In this document: positions 53,383 to 62,775 of the stretch, in pieces
Position numbering within the stretch: the first letter of the stretch is position 1
Layout of the letters: every line of letters begins with the position of its first letter
From: a virus
Virus record (IMG/VR): IMGVR_UViG_3300031825_000369
Reading direction: 5' to 3' (one strand)
Length of the DNA: 64,000 nt
Notes under the pieces: generated by a model
Told to the model about the DNA's origin: nothing
Seen by the model: the letters and a program-made list of their open reading frames with translations, nothing else
Databases searched by the model: none
Made by a program: the position numbers and the translations under genes

Positions 53383-54060
53383 TCATCGGAGCGGCCCCCG
53401 CCACCAGAAGCGCGACGTCCCGAGCGCATACGCCGGGTCCGAGCCCTGCCCGAACATCTGGCCCTTCAAGCTGCCGATGATCCCGGTGTCGCCGGGGTTC
53501 ATCGGGTCGCCCCAGCACGTGTGCTGGAACAGCTGCAGGAAGGGCGAGGGGTCACGCAGCCCGCCCTGCCGCGCCCACTCGGCCACGGCGTCGTACACGA
53601 GGAGGATGCGCGCCGGCTCCGGCTGCAGGGTGGGCTCGACCGACGCCGAGATCGACACCGGCTGACGGACGTACCGCGTGTAGAGCGTGTCGGCGAAGGT
53701 CTGGGTGCGGCCGTTGGGCATGCGGATCCGGTTCCCCTCGAACACGAAGTCCGCGTGCGGCGAGAAGTCCGCGCCGGGGATCAGGATGCGGCCACTGCGC
53801 CCGACCCGGATCTCGGCTTCGCCGAGCGGCCAGTCCGAATTCGGGAACGTGTAGGTGGCGCCGCCGTCTGCCGTCGACATCGCGGCCGGCGCCGTCATGA
53901 GGACGTGCGGGACGTGCGACGCGAAGAGCCGCGTCACCTTCTGCTGCGCGTTCGAGAGCAGCTGGTACCACTGCGCATCGCTCGTGACGTCGCCCTGCGT
54001 CGGCTCCTGGGCGGTGTCCTTGCAGCGCTGGAGGATGTCGGCAGAATCCCAATCGCTCAT
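53383..54060 (-). CDS. Copy 2 of 8860-9537 (adaptor)
   Basis: Identical translation. Confidence 0.7.
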   Translation of the reverse strand: MSDWDSADILQRCKDTAQEPTQGDVTSDAQWYQLLSNAQQKVTRLFASHVPHVLMTAPAAMSTADGGATYTFPNSDWPLGEAEIRVGRSGRILIPGADFSPHADFVFEGNRIRMPNGRTQTFADTLYTRYVRQPVSISASVEPTLQPEPARILLVYDAVAEWARQGGLRDPSPFLQLFQHTCWGDPMNPGDTGIIGSLKGQMFGQGSDPAYALGTSRFWWRGPLR

Positions 54061-54064
54061 CGCG

Positions 54065-54265
54065 CTAGCCTCGCAGCCCGACGAACCGGCGGCCGCGGCG
54101 CCGCCGCGTGGTCGGCGTGCCCGGCGCGGGCGGGTCGCCCGCGGTGGCGTAGGGATACACGCCCGCGAGCTGCCGCCGGTCCGGGACGCTCGCGAGCGAG
54201 CCATCGGGCGGAGGCGCGTAGACCTCCGCCACGAATCGGCGCTTCTGTTCCGTGTCGATCGCCAT
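54065..54265 (-). CDS. Copy 2 of 9542-9742
   Basis: Identical translation. Confidence 0.6.
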   Translation of the reverse strand: MAIDTEQKRRFVAEVYAPPPDGSLASVPDRRQLAGVYPYATAGDPPAPGTPTTRRRRGRRFVGLRG

Positions 54266-54276
54266 AGGGGCCGCCG

Positions 54277-55041
54277 TTAGGCGTCGGCTCCGCGGGTGAA
54301 GGTGGTCGCGTCATCCGTCAGGGCCGCGGTCCCGAGCGCCGTCACGCCGTCCGCCTTGAACAGCGTGTCGGTCGTCGCCGTCACGGTGCGCTTGTGGCGG
54401 AACCGCTGGTAGAGGTAGCGGACCATCTTCGGCAGCGTCTGCGCGCCGGTCGACGGGAGCGCCGCGAGCTCCGCCTCGGTCGCGAACGCCGCGTCGGTGA
54501 TGGCCGCGGCCGCGATCGCCCCGACGCTCGCATCGATGCGCCCGCTCACGAGCGCCGCCGGCAACCGGGTCTGGATGTCGTTGGTGTCGGCGACGATCGC
54601 CGCGAGCTGGGTCGAGTTGCTGTCGATCTCGGTCCGGACGGCCGCCGCCGTCACGCCCGCCGCGAGCGGGTCGTAGCCCGCCAGCGCGATCGTCACGCCG
54701 TCGTCGACGGTGTTGGCCCCGGTCCACGAGATCACGACCTCATCGACGCCCGTCGCGAGCGCCGCGTTCGGGAGGTCGAGCCGGTAGAGGCCCGGCGCGT
54801 TGGTGGCGTCGACCTCGACGAAGCCGCCCGTCGCCCACGCGCCCGTGACGGTCTGGGTGGCCAGCGTGATGGCCGCCGCGGCCGCGCCCGCGCGCGTGTA
54901 GTAGACCTTGAGCCCCGCCGTGCCGAACGCGAGCCCGGTGAGGCCCATCCCGACCGGCGTGGTCGCCGAGCCGCGGATGAAGACGTAGATCGTCTTGCTG
55001 GTCGCGTCCTTCGCTAGCACTCGTGACATGAGGAGTCCCAT
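54277..55041 (-). CDS. Copy 2 of 9754-10518
   Basis: Identical translation. Confidence 0.65.
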   Translation of the reverse strand: MGLLMSRVLAKDATSKTIYVFIRGSATTPVGMGLTGLAFGTAGLKVYYTRAGAAAAAITLATQTVTGAWATGGFVEVDATNAPGLYRLDLPNAALATGVDEVVISWTGANTVDDGVTIALAGYDPLAAGVTAAAVRTEIDSNSTQLAAIVADTNDIQTRLPAALVSGRIDASVGAIAAAAITDAAFATEAELAALPSTGAQTLPKMVRYLYQRFRHKRTVTATTDTLFKADGVTALGTAALTDDATTFTRGADA

Positions 55042-55057
55042 GGAGGCCGAAGAGAGA

Positions 55058-56119
55058 TTACCCGGAGAATCCGCCCGCCAACTGGCGGAGAAGGAGCGGG
55101 TGCCACGCCGACCCGCCACCCCCGCCAGTGGATCCTTGCTCGTCGGCGCCGATGTCCCACGCCGCGCCCACCGGCCGTGCGAAGCCGTTGCCGTCGATCG
55201 CGAACTGGAATTGCGGCGCGCCGACCGCCGAGAGGTTGGTCCCGAGCTCCTTCGCAACGGTGTCGCCGCTCTGGAGCCGGAAGTTTCCGACCGTGGCGTC
55301 CACGAAGGACGCGGTGATCGACGCGGCCCACGCGTTGGTCGCCGGGTCGTCGGTCGTGGCGTTGAGGGTCGTGATGCCGTTCATCACGCGCTGCATGAGC
55401 GCGTTCTTGATCCGCGCGACTGCGTTCGTCGCCCCACCCGCGAACTTCGCCCAGATCGCTTCGCCCTCGTCGCCCTTCAGGCCCACGATCGTCGGGTTGT
55501 AGATGACGATGGTGGAGTTCGACGGCGTCGCCTGGAAGATGATGCCGTCGGTGAAGTTCCAGGTGACCACGTTGCGGAACACGAAGGTGCCGGCCTTCCC
55601 GTTCGCGTCGAAGGCAAAGCCACCAATGGAGCTGACATTGCTGACGCGCCGCATCTTCACGCCGTCGAGGTACAGCTCCCCGCCGAGCGACAAGACACTC
55701 AGCCCGTGATTCCCTGGGTCAAGCGTCGTGTTTGAGTGGTAGAACTGAACGCCGGTGACGCGGATCGAATTGGTGTTGATCGTGAAGACCGGGCCGCCGT
55801 TCGACGTGCGTTCGAGCGTGTACACGGCGTCGTCCCACGCGACTTTGCGATCCGCGCTCGGCACCGAGAAGTGCACGTAGCGAGTCGTGTCGCTGGTCGG
55901 CCACGTGGTGCCCGGCGTCGTCGTGTCGTTGGTCGCGCCCGAGCACTCGACGTTGACCTGCACGTCGGCGGCAACGAGCCCGGTCGGGTACGCGGCCAGC
56001 AGCGCGGTGCGGACTTCCTCCATCGACGCCCAGGCGCGGTTCGCGCCCGCGGTCGCGTTGGTCGTCCCGTCGCCGCCCGCCGTCGAGCCGGTGTTGAGGA
56101 AGCGGTTGACGACGGTCAC
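55058..56119 (-). CDS. Copy 2 of 10535-11596 (beta-helix protein)
   Basis: Identical translation. Confidence 0.7.
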   Translation of the reverse strand: MTVVNRFLNTGSTAGGDGTTNATAGANRAWASMEEVRTALLAAYPTGLVAADVQVNVECSGATNDTTTPGTTWPTSDTTRYVHFSVPSADRKVAWDDAVYTLERTSNGGPVFTINTNSIRVTGVQFYHSNTTLDPGNHGLSVLSLGGELYLDGVKMRRVSNVSSIGGFAFDANGKAGTFVFRNVVTWNFTDGIIFQATPSNSTIVIYNPTIVGLKGDEGEAIWAKFAGGATNAVARIKNALMQRVMNGITTLNATTDDPATNAWAASITASFVDATVGNFRLQSGDTVAKELGTNLSAVGAPQFQFAIDGNGFARPVGAAWDIGADEQGSTGGGGGSAWHPLLLRQLAGGFSG

Positions 56120-56360
56120 GACGCCCCCCCGTTCGCCACTGGTGTCACGTTTCTCGACATTGACAACGCACCGTCAGGCGCGGAACGTAGTGTGCGAGGC
56201 GGGAGCCCACGGCAGTCACACCCCGGCACAGGGATCGACAGATGAGACGCATCGGAGGCGGCGCGGCCGCGGTGCTGGCCCTCGTGGTGGCGGTGACGAT
56301 CGTGTACCCGGCGGTGACCCTCTGGTCGATCATCAGAGGCGAGGGCGAGCCGTAGCCCAC

Positions 56361-58271
56361 TCACGGCGCGACCCCCGCCGTCGCCATCTCCACGGTGTCC
56401 AGGTCGCACCCCGGATCGGCGCCACCCAAGCCGATGCCCTTGCCCGGACTCGTCACCGCGAGGCGGTAGTTGTGGCTCGCGGCGTCCACGAAGTCGGCGT
56501 CAGCCAGCACCGCCGCGAGCGTAGGGCTCACGCCCGCGTCCGGGTACACGTTGCCGTCGCCCTGCGGGAGCAGGTTGGTGTACTGCCCTTCGAGCCCGAC
56601 CAGGAAGTTGCGCTTGAAACTCCAGCCCGTGGCGTATTTGTTGAGCCCCGCCACGCCGACGAAGCCACCCGAGTAGAAGAAGCTGCTGTTGTCGCTGTTC
56701 GTCGTGCTCGCGTTGTCCGAGATGTCGAACCCCGTCGCTTCCTGCCCGGCCGGCACCGCGTCCGACACCGCCCACGCCGCGATGAGGTTCACGTTATGCA
56801 CGAACGTGTTGAACCGGATCTTGAGGGCGTTCGTCGGGTTGACGAGCAGCAGCGCGTTCCCCGACTGACTTATGGTACCGGACGGCGCCCCGTTGGCGGT
56901 GACGATGCCGATGTCGTGGAACAGGTTGTGGTAGCACGCCACGCTGTGACACGGCTCTATGTCCGTTTCAATCGGGTCCCCGTACCCGCTCACGTTGAAG
57001 GCCATGCGCGCGCTCCGCGTGAGGTTGTAGCGGAACGTGACGTGGGAGGTCCCGAGCCCCGTCGATGCGCCCATGCCGTCGCCCGCGCTCTTGATCACGG
57101 TGGCCATCCCGTTCTGTGCGCCAGACGGGCAACGTTCGAGGACATTGCCCTCGAACAGCACGCGCTTCGCGTTCTTCAACTCGAACAGGCCCTTCATCGC
57201 GTACTTCGTGGCCCCGGCGTTCTCGGCGGGACACCACGCCTCGGGGTGCGCCAGATAATTGCGCCGCAACTCGAGGTCGCTCGGCTTCCCGTTCGCGGCC
57301 CCGAGCCCCGGCATGGCGCCGCCGAAGAACAACGGCACCGACCCACCGTCGATGTAGTTGTTCACGATTTTCAACGGCCCCGGCGTGTTCCACGCGGCCA
57401 CGCCGTGCGTCTCGTCGCTCGCGTTGTACTGGCCGGCCACCCACGAGTCCACGAGCGCGCCGCGAATCGCTTCGAGCGTGACCCCGTTCTTGTTGCGCCC
57501 CTGCGGTGTGCCGTCGCCCGCGAGCCCGGTGTCACCCACCGGTCCCGTCACCAGAATCCGGTCGAGCACGATGTCGCGCGGGCAGTGTTCGAGCAGCGAC
57601 TGCGACTGCTCGTCGAGCAGGGCCGGCTCGCGGGCGTGGATGCGCACCGTGAAGTAGATGACCCCCGTCGCCGTCGGCTCCGGCACGTTCGTGACGCCCA
57701 TGACCCGATAGCGGTCCGCCCCGCGGCGACACGCAATCGTCGGGTTGTCGTTCCCGACCGCATGGAGCACCGGCGCGTTGGTCATCGTCGCCGGCGTGCA
57801 GCGGATGCCTTCCGCGCACGGCGCCGTCTCGGCCTCGATGTCGGTCCAGACGTTCGGGAAGGTGTGCGGCAGGAGCCACATGGTCCCCTGGTACGTCAGC
57901 CCCATCGCGAGCCGGATGCGCGTGTCGCCGTTGGTCGCCGCGCACGTCACGATCTCGGCGTTCACCGCGTCCATGTTCGCCGTCGGCGACCCCTGGTCGG
58001 TGATGAGGGTATCACGCACGTATGTGCGCGACCCCTTCGCCGAGGTCACCCACGCCTGCGGCAAGTCGATCGTCGCGCCCAGGTCGAACGGGTGCGGGGC
58101 CGGGTTGTACGTCTCCGTGCTGAGCGCGGCGGGCGATGAGAACCCACCACCGCCGCCCGGTGCCGCCGTCGCCAGTCGCGCCTGCCCGTTGGCGTGCGCC
58201 GCGGCGATGAGGAACACGCCAAGCAGGAAGCGCCGCATCGAGCGGTCCATGGTCCGACGGAGGCGCTTCAC
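56361..58271 (-). CDS. Copy 2 of 11838-13748 (beta-helix protein)
   Basis: Identical translation. Confidence 0.8.
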   Translation of the reverse strand: MKRLRRTMDRSMRRFLLGVFLIAAAHANGQARLATAAPGGGGGFSSPAALSTETYNPAPHPFDLGATIDLPQAWVTSAKGSRTYVRDTLITDQGSPTANMDAVNAEIVTCAATNGDTRIRLAMGLTYQGTMWLLPHTFPNVWTDIEAETAPCAEGIRCTPATMTNAPVLHAVGNDNPTIACRRGADRYRVMGVTNVPEPTATGVIYFTVRIHAREPALLDEQSQSLLEHCPRDIVLDRILVTGPVGDTGLAGDGTPQGRNKNGVTLEAIRGALVDSWVAGQYNASDETHGVAAWNTPGPLKIVNNYIDGGSVPLFFGGAMPGLGAANGKPSDLELRRNYLAHPEAWCPAENAGATKYAMKGLFELKNAKRVLFEGNVLERCPSGAQNGMATVIKSAGDGMGASTGLGTSHVTFRYNLTRSARMAFNVSGYGDPIETDIEPCHSVACYHNLFHDIGIVTANGAPSGTISQSGNALLLVNPTNALKIRFNTFVHNVNLIAAWAVSDAVPAGQEATGFDISDNASTTNSDNSSFFYSGGFVGVAGLNKYATGWSFKRNFLVGLEGQYTNLLPQGDGNVYPDAGVSPTLAAVLADADFVDAASHNYRLAVTSPGKGIGLGGADPGCDLDTVEMATAGVAP

Positions 58272-58645
58272 CCGCGGAGCGGCAGGACGTAGACTTTGGC
58301 CGAGCCGGCCGAGAGCGCCGTCACCTCGATCGCGATGTCCAGCCCGTCGGCTTCGATCACGATGAGCGCGTCGCCGGTGATCGCGGCCGAGACGGTCGTG
58401 TCATCGCTCGCCACGCCCCCGAGCGAGCGGCGCCGGTACGGAATCGGGACGTAGCCGTTGGTCCCCGTGTGGGCGCCAGTCAGGCGGCCCTTCACGGTGA
58501 ACGACCCGGTCAGCCCGGTGCCCACGATCTGGACGAGCATGGACCCGACCGTCTCCTCGGACGTGTTGCCCAGCGCCAGCAGGCCGGTCTCGTTGACGTT
58601 CCAATAGCCCCGGCCGCCGGTCGTCTGCTGCTTGTTGTTCGCCAT
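58268..58645 (-). CDS. Copy 2 of 13745-14122
   Basis: Identical translation. Confidence 0.6.
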   Translation of the reverse strand: MANNKQQTTGGRGYWNVNETGLLALGNTSEETVGSMLVQIVGTGLTGSFTVKGRLTGAHTGTNGYVPIPYRRRSLGGVASDDTTVSAAITGDALIVIEADGLDIAIEVTALSAGSAKVYVLPLRG

Positions 58646-59214
58646 CAGGCCGCCGTCGCCGGGGTGCGGCGCGCGCCACGCGCCGGAGCGTTCGGCGGGT
58701 CGGCCGGCGGGTCGTCGGCCCCCTCGCGCATGAACGCGAGTTCGTCGTCGGCCTTCGGGACGAAGAACGGCACCGCCCACTTGGGCATGTCGCTCGAGAG
58801 CCCGAGCACCCACTCGTCACCGGCCCGCGCGGCGAGCACCGGCTCGACCGGGTACGGCTTCGGCCCGACGATGAGGAGCACCGAGGGCCCGGGCTCCTTC
58901 GGGTCGAACTTGTCGGCGTTCACGGCGTGCCCGACCTTCATCATGTGCTCGGTCCACTCCTTGAGCGCGGCCTTGAGGTCCGACACCCATTCGTCGTAGG
59001 CGATCGTGAGCGCCTGGACGTTGTCCGGGTCGGCGGAGACCCGGAGGTACTGCTGCGGCGGGATGAGCGGCGCCGCGAAACTCGGCGACAGCGCCTCGCA
59101 CGGATGGTCCGTGCGCTTGTCGACGTTCGCGCCCCAGCGGCGGCCGTGCTGGTCCTTGTAAAGGCGGTAGCGGCGCTGGAGGGCCTGCGGGTGTTCGCCG
59201 GGTTTGACGGCCAT
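58645..59214 (-). CDS. Copy 2 of 14122-14691
   Basis: Identical translation. Confidence 0.65.
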   Translation of the reverse strand: MAVKPGEHPQALQRRYRLYKDQHGRRWGANVDKRTDHPCEALSPSFAAPLIPPQQYLRVSADPDNVQALTIAYDEWVSDLKAALKEWTEHMMKVGHAVNADKFDPKEPGPSVLLIVGPKPYPVEPVLAARAGDEWVLGLSSDMPKWAVPFFVPKADDELAFMREGADDPPADPPNAPARGARRTPATAA

Positions 59215-59233
59215 GGGAGGGTTCGGTTAGGCG

Positions 59234-59962
59234 TTAGGCACCGGACGGCACAACCCGCCCGGTTTCGATGTAGACGGCATCCGCAGCGGAGTCGTCGCCG
59301 TGGGCCAGGCGGGCGGCCGGGTGGTCGCGATCGACGCGTCGCGCCAGCCCGCCGTCCAGGATCGCCGGCGCGGCGCGCGTGACGTCGTCGCGCAGCGAGG
59401 CGTCGAGCGTGCGGACGATCTCGGTCCGGAAGCCGCGGGCACGCGCCTCGGCGCGCGCGGCGCGTTCGGCCGGGAGGCTCGCGTGCCGGCGGTTCGTCAG
59501 GACCGACAGCGCCCGGAGCTGCCAGAGCACGCGGCCATCGAGCCCCGCGTAGGGCAGCGCGCCGAGCGCCGGCATGGCCCCGTCGCCGTAGCCCATCCAC
59601 CGGCGCCAGGTGGCATTCTCCGCCGTCGCGCGGTAGGGGTGGCCGCCGTCGGGCCCTTGGAGCACCCAGCACGGCACCGGGAGCGCGCCCTGCGTGAGCC
59701 AGTAGTGCGTGGCCCAAGCGTGCTCGGCGCAGTCGAACGGGTCGCCGAGCAATTGCTCGAGCAGGACCGACGGCGCGAACGCGGCCGGCATGCACTCGAA
59801 CACGACCCAGCGCTGCGCCGGCACGTCGGGCAGGCCGGGCACCCACGCGAGCGTCAGGTGACTCAGGCGCTCGCGGGGTGGGGCGATGCGGTGCAGCGCC
59901 GCCAGCCACGCGGCCGGCGGGTCCCACGACCAGCGGAAGAGCGCCGGACGCTTAGAGTCCAA
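59234..59962 (-). CDS. Copy 2 of 14711-15439
   Basis: Identical translation. Confidence 0.55.
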   Translation of the reverse strand: MDSKRPALFRWSWDPPAAWLAALHRIAPPRERLSHLTLAWVPGLPDVPAQRWVVFECMPAAFAPSVLLEQLLGDPFDCAEHAWATHYWLTQGALPVPCWVLQGPDGGHPYRATAENATWRRWMGYGDGAMPALGALPYAGLDGRVLWQLRALSVLTNRRHASLPAERAARAEARARGFRTEIVRTLDASLRDDVTRAAPAILDGGLARRVDRDHPAARLAHGDDSAADAVYIETGRVVPSGA

Positions 59963-60182
59963 TTTTCGCGTCCAGCTTCGCCGGGCCACTCGCCGCCGAG
60001 TCGGTAACGAGGGTGGCGTAGTTGACGTCGGTGACCCCGGCATCCGCGTCGAGCTTCGCGGTGAGGACCCGGAGGTTGGTGACCAGCTTGTTGTGTTCGG
60101 TCACGAGGTTCTGGAGCACGTCCTCGGCGCGGATCGCACCGGTGCCCAGCGCCGTGACCTTGATATCGTCGGGATTCGCCAT
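59952..60182 (-). CDS. Copy 2 of 15429-15659 (head fibre-like)
   Basis: Identical translation. Confidence 0.6.
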   Translation of the reverse strand: MANPDDIKVTALGTGAIRAEDVLQNLVTEHNKLVTNLRVLTAKLDADAGVTDVNYATLVTDSAASGPAKLDAKIGL

Positions 60183-60266
60183 GGAATCGGAATCGTTAGG
60201 GTCCGGATGCGGAGCGGGGCACCGGCATCGGTGCCCCGCTCACACAGTCAGTCATCGGCCGAAGGC

Positions 60267-61547
60267 TCACGCCTCGGTCAGCGCGCTCCAGTAGGCCATG
60301 TTCCCACGGTTCGTGGTCACGAACGCGTAGGGGAAGTCAAAACTCATCACCTTGGCGTTCTGGTCCTGGAGCTTGTCCTCGTTCGCGTTCTCGATCCCGT
60401 CGAGGCTTTCGGCGTCCTCGCCCGGCATCGGCACCATGGTCCAGCGGTGCAGCGTGCCCTTGTCCATGCCGATCCCGAACCCGGTCGGCACCTTCCGGCT
60501 CGAGAACTGTTCGATGGACTTCGTCTTCACGTTCCCGAGGATCTCCATGTTCAACGGGTCGTTGAACTGCACCGCGTTGGACGTGGACTGGTAGACGTCG
60601 CGCTCGACGCCCTGCGTCTGAATCAGCAGGTTCATCTTGCCGCCGCCCAGGTTGGTGATCTGGTGCTGGCCCTTCTTGATCCGCGTGCCCGTGAGCCGCC
60701 CGCCCGCGGTGTCGGCCAAGGCCGGCATCCAGAGCGGGTACGTCGAGCCCGAGAGCCCGTGCACCGTCGTCGCGGTCAGGAAGTCGAGCAGTCCCGACGG
60801 CGCCTTGTTGTAGTCGGTGTGGGCGATCGTGCCCGTGGTGATCAGGTGACCGGCCGAGTTGGCGAGCACGATCTCGTCGCCGTCATCCGAGTCGACGGAG
60901 CCGGCCCAGGTGATCGTCAGGCCGTTCGTCGCGTGCACCGCCGTGATGATCCCGATCGCGTTGGCCACGAGCGCCCCGGTGCGGATCAGCGCCACGTAGT
61001 CGTCGACCTTGAAGAGCGACGCCAGGAACGCCGTGTCATCGAGCCCCGACTGCCCGTAAGCGTCCTTGAGCGCGTAGGTGCCCGACGCCTGCGTGGCGTT
61101 GGTCGAGGTCTTGGCCAGCACGCCGGTCGACACGCCGTAGAACGACGTCCCCACGCGGTTCGTCAGCCCCTCGATGAGCTTCTTGGTCTGGTACTTGGCC
61201 TGCCGGACGAGCTGCGCCTGGCGGAACTTCCGGTCCAGGTACTCGCTCGTGAGGGTGAACGAGAAGCGGTCGTTGTAGTTCGCCCACGTGAACGACAGCT
61301 CCTGCGGCGCGGCGGTCTTGGGGTTCGCCTCGTACCCGCCCTCGGGAATGAAGGCTCCCGAGCCCTGCTGGATGATGTCGATGGGCGTGGTGACTTCGCG
61401 CGCGCTCATGTCGAGATCGAACTCCTTGAGCCGCTTCGCGAGGGCCCACTCCTCGCACTTCGCCTGAAAGCCCTTGAGCACGTTGCCCTGGACCTTCCGG
61501 TACACTTTGGCGAGCGTCGTGCCCGCCGTCGTAATGCCGTAAGCCAT
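60267..61547 (-). CDS. Copy 2 of the major capsid protein
   Basis: Identical translation. Confidence 0.85.
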   Translation of the reverse strand: MAYGITTAGTTLAKVYRKVQGNVLKGFQAKCEEWALAKRLKEFDLDMSAREVTTPIDIIQQGSGAFIPEGGYEANPKTAAPQELSFTWANYNDRFSFTLTSEYLDRKFRQAQLVRQAKYQTKKLIEGLTNRVGTSFYGVSTGVLAKTSTNATQASGTYALKDAYGQSGLDDTAFLASLFKVDDYVALIRTGALVANAIGIITAVHATNGLTITWAGSVDSDDGDEIVLANSAGHLITTGTIAHTDYNKAPSGLLDFLTATTVHGLSGSTYPLWMPALADTAGGRLTGTRIKKGQHQITNLGGGKMNLLIQTQGVERDVYQSTSNAVQFNDPLNMEILGNVKTKSIEQFSSRKVPTGFGIGMDKGTLHRWTMVPMPGEDAESLDGIENANEDKLQDQNAKVMSFDFPYAFVTTNRGNMAYWSALTEA

Positions 61548-61583
61548 GATAGTGGTTCGTCAGTGGTTAGGCGCCGCCGGGCG

Positions 61584-62762
61584 TCAGCCCGTCAGCACGT
61601 CACTCCAGTCGTCCGCGTCGAACTGCTCCTTGAACTCGTCCCAGCTCGGCCGTGCGTGGGGCGCGGCCTTCTGTCTCCCCTGCTGCGGCGTTGCCGCGCG
61701 CGGCTTCGTGGGGGCGGGCGCTTGGGGCGCCGGTGCCACGGCCGCGGCGTTGCGCTCGGTGGCGGACTTTGCCGCCTCGAACCGCTGTCGGATGCGCGCG
61801 ACGCGCTGGGCCTCGCGGCCCAACACCTCGCGGAGGAACTCCTCGTTCACGCCAATGAAGCCCTTCGGGATGCCGTATTCCGGGTAATCCCGGTCGGCTT
61901 CCCAAAAGAGCTGCTGGCCATACGTCGACCAGAGTTGCCCGAGGAGGTCCTGCCGCTCCTGCGGCGTCTCGGCGATCAGGGCGAGGTCCGGCGCTTGGAG
62001 CGCCTGGGTCACCGTCGTCTCGAGCCGTCCGGCGAGGAGCGGGATGATCTGCGCGCGCTCTTCCTCGGCGGCGCGCGCGGCCCGTTCCTGCTCGTGATAC
62101 TGCAGCTGCGCGCGGGCTTCCGCGGCTTCGGCCTGGGCCTGGAGGATCGGGGCGTTGCGCTCGAAGTCCGCGAGCCAGTCGGCCACCGCGTCGGGCCCCT
62201 GCGCGAGCAGGTTGTCCATCGCGCTGAGGATTGCGTTGGCGCGGGCCTCGCGGTGCGTGCCGGCCTGCTCCGCGCGGCGCGCACGGTCAACGAGTTGCGT
62301 GCGTTCCGTCCGCCAACTCTCGCGGTTCGCGATGTAGTTGGGCCGGAGATGCTTCTCCCACGCCTCACGCGGGATGTACACGCCGTGCTCGTACTCGAGC
62401 GCGCCGGGGATCTCGACGTCCGAATTGTCCGCGCGGAACTTCCACGGCTTCCCGCCGTCGGGCGGCGCGAACGCGGGAGGCGCCGCGGCCGCAACGGCAG
62501 CAGACGGGTCGACCGCAGCTCCGTCGGTCGCCGCGGGCGCTCCCGCTTTCGGGGCGAACGTCCCATCGGGGTTGCGCGGCCGGTCATCCGGCGCGGCCGG
62601 ATCGGCGGGCGCCTCGGCGACTGGCGGTGCGTCGGGCGCCCCCTGGGCGCCAGCCTCCGCGGTCGCCGCCGGTGCGGCGGGGTCCTGCTCGTCACCCTCG
62701 TCGTTGAGCAGCGCGTCCCAGTCGCCCTCTTCGATCGGCGTTTCGGTGTTCGGAGCGGTCAT
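61584..62762 (-). CDS. Copy 2 of the scaffolding protein
   Basis: Identical translation. Confidence 0.75.
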   Translation of the reverse strand: MTAPNTETPIEEGDWDALLNDEGDEQDPAAPAATAEAGAQGAPDAPPVAEAPADPAAPDDRPRNPDGTFAPKAGAPAATDGAAVDPSAAVAAAAPPAFAPPDGGKPWKFRADNSDVEIPGALEYEHGVYIPREAWEKHLRPNYIANRESWRTERTQLVDRARRAEQAGTHREARANAILSAMDNLLAQGPDAVADWLADFERNAPILQAQAEAAEARAQLQYHEQERAARAAEEERAQIIPLLAGRLETTVTQALQAPDLALIAETPQERQDLLGQLWSTYGQQLFWEADRDYPEYGIPKGFIGVNEEFLREVLGREAQRVARIRQRFEAAKSATERNAAAVAPAPQAPAPTKPRAATPQQGRQKAAPHARPSWDEFKEQFDADDWSDVLTG

Positions 62763-62775
62763 CAGGTTCCTCGCG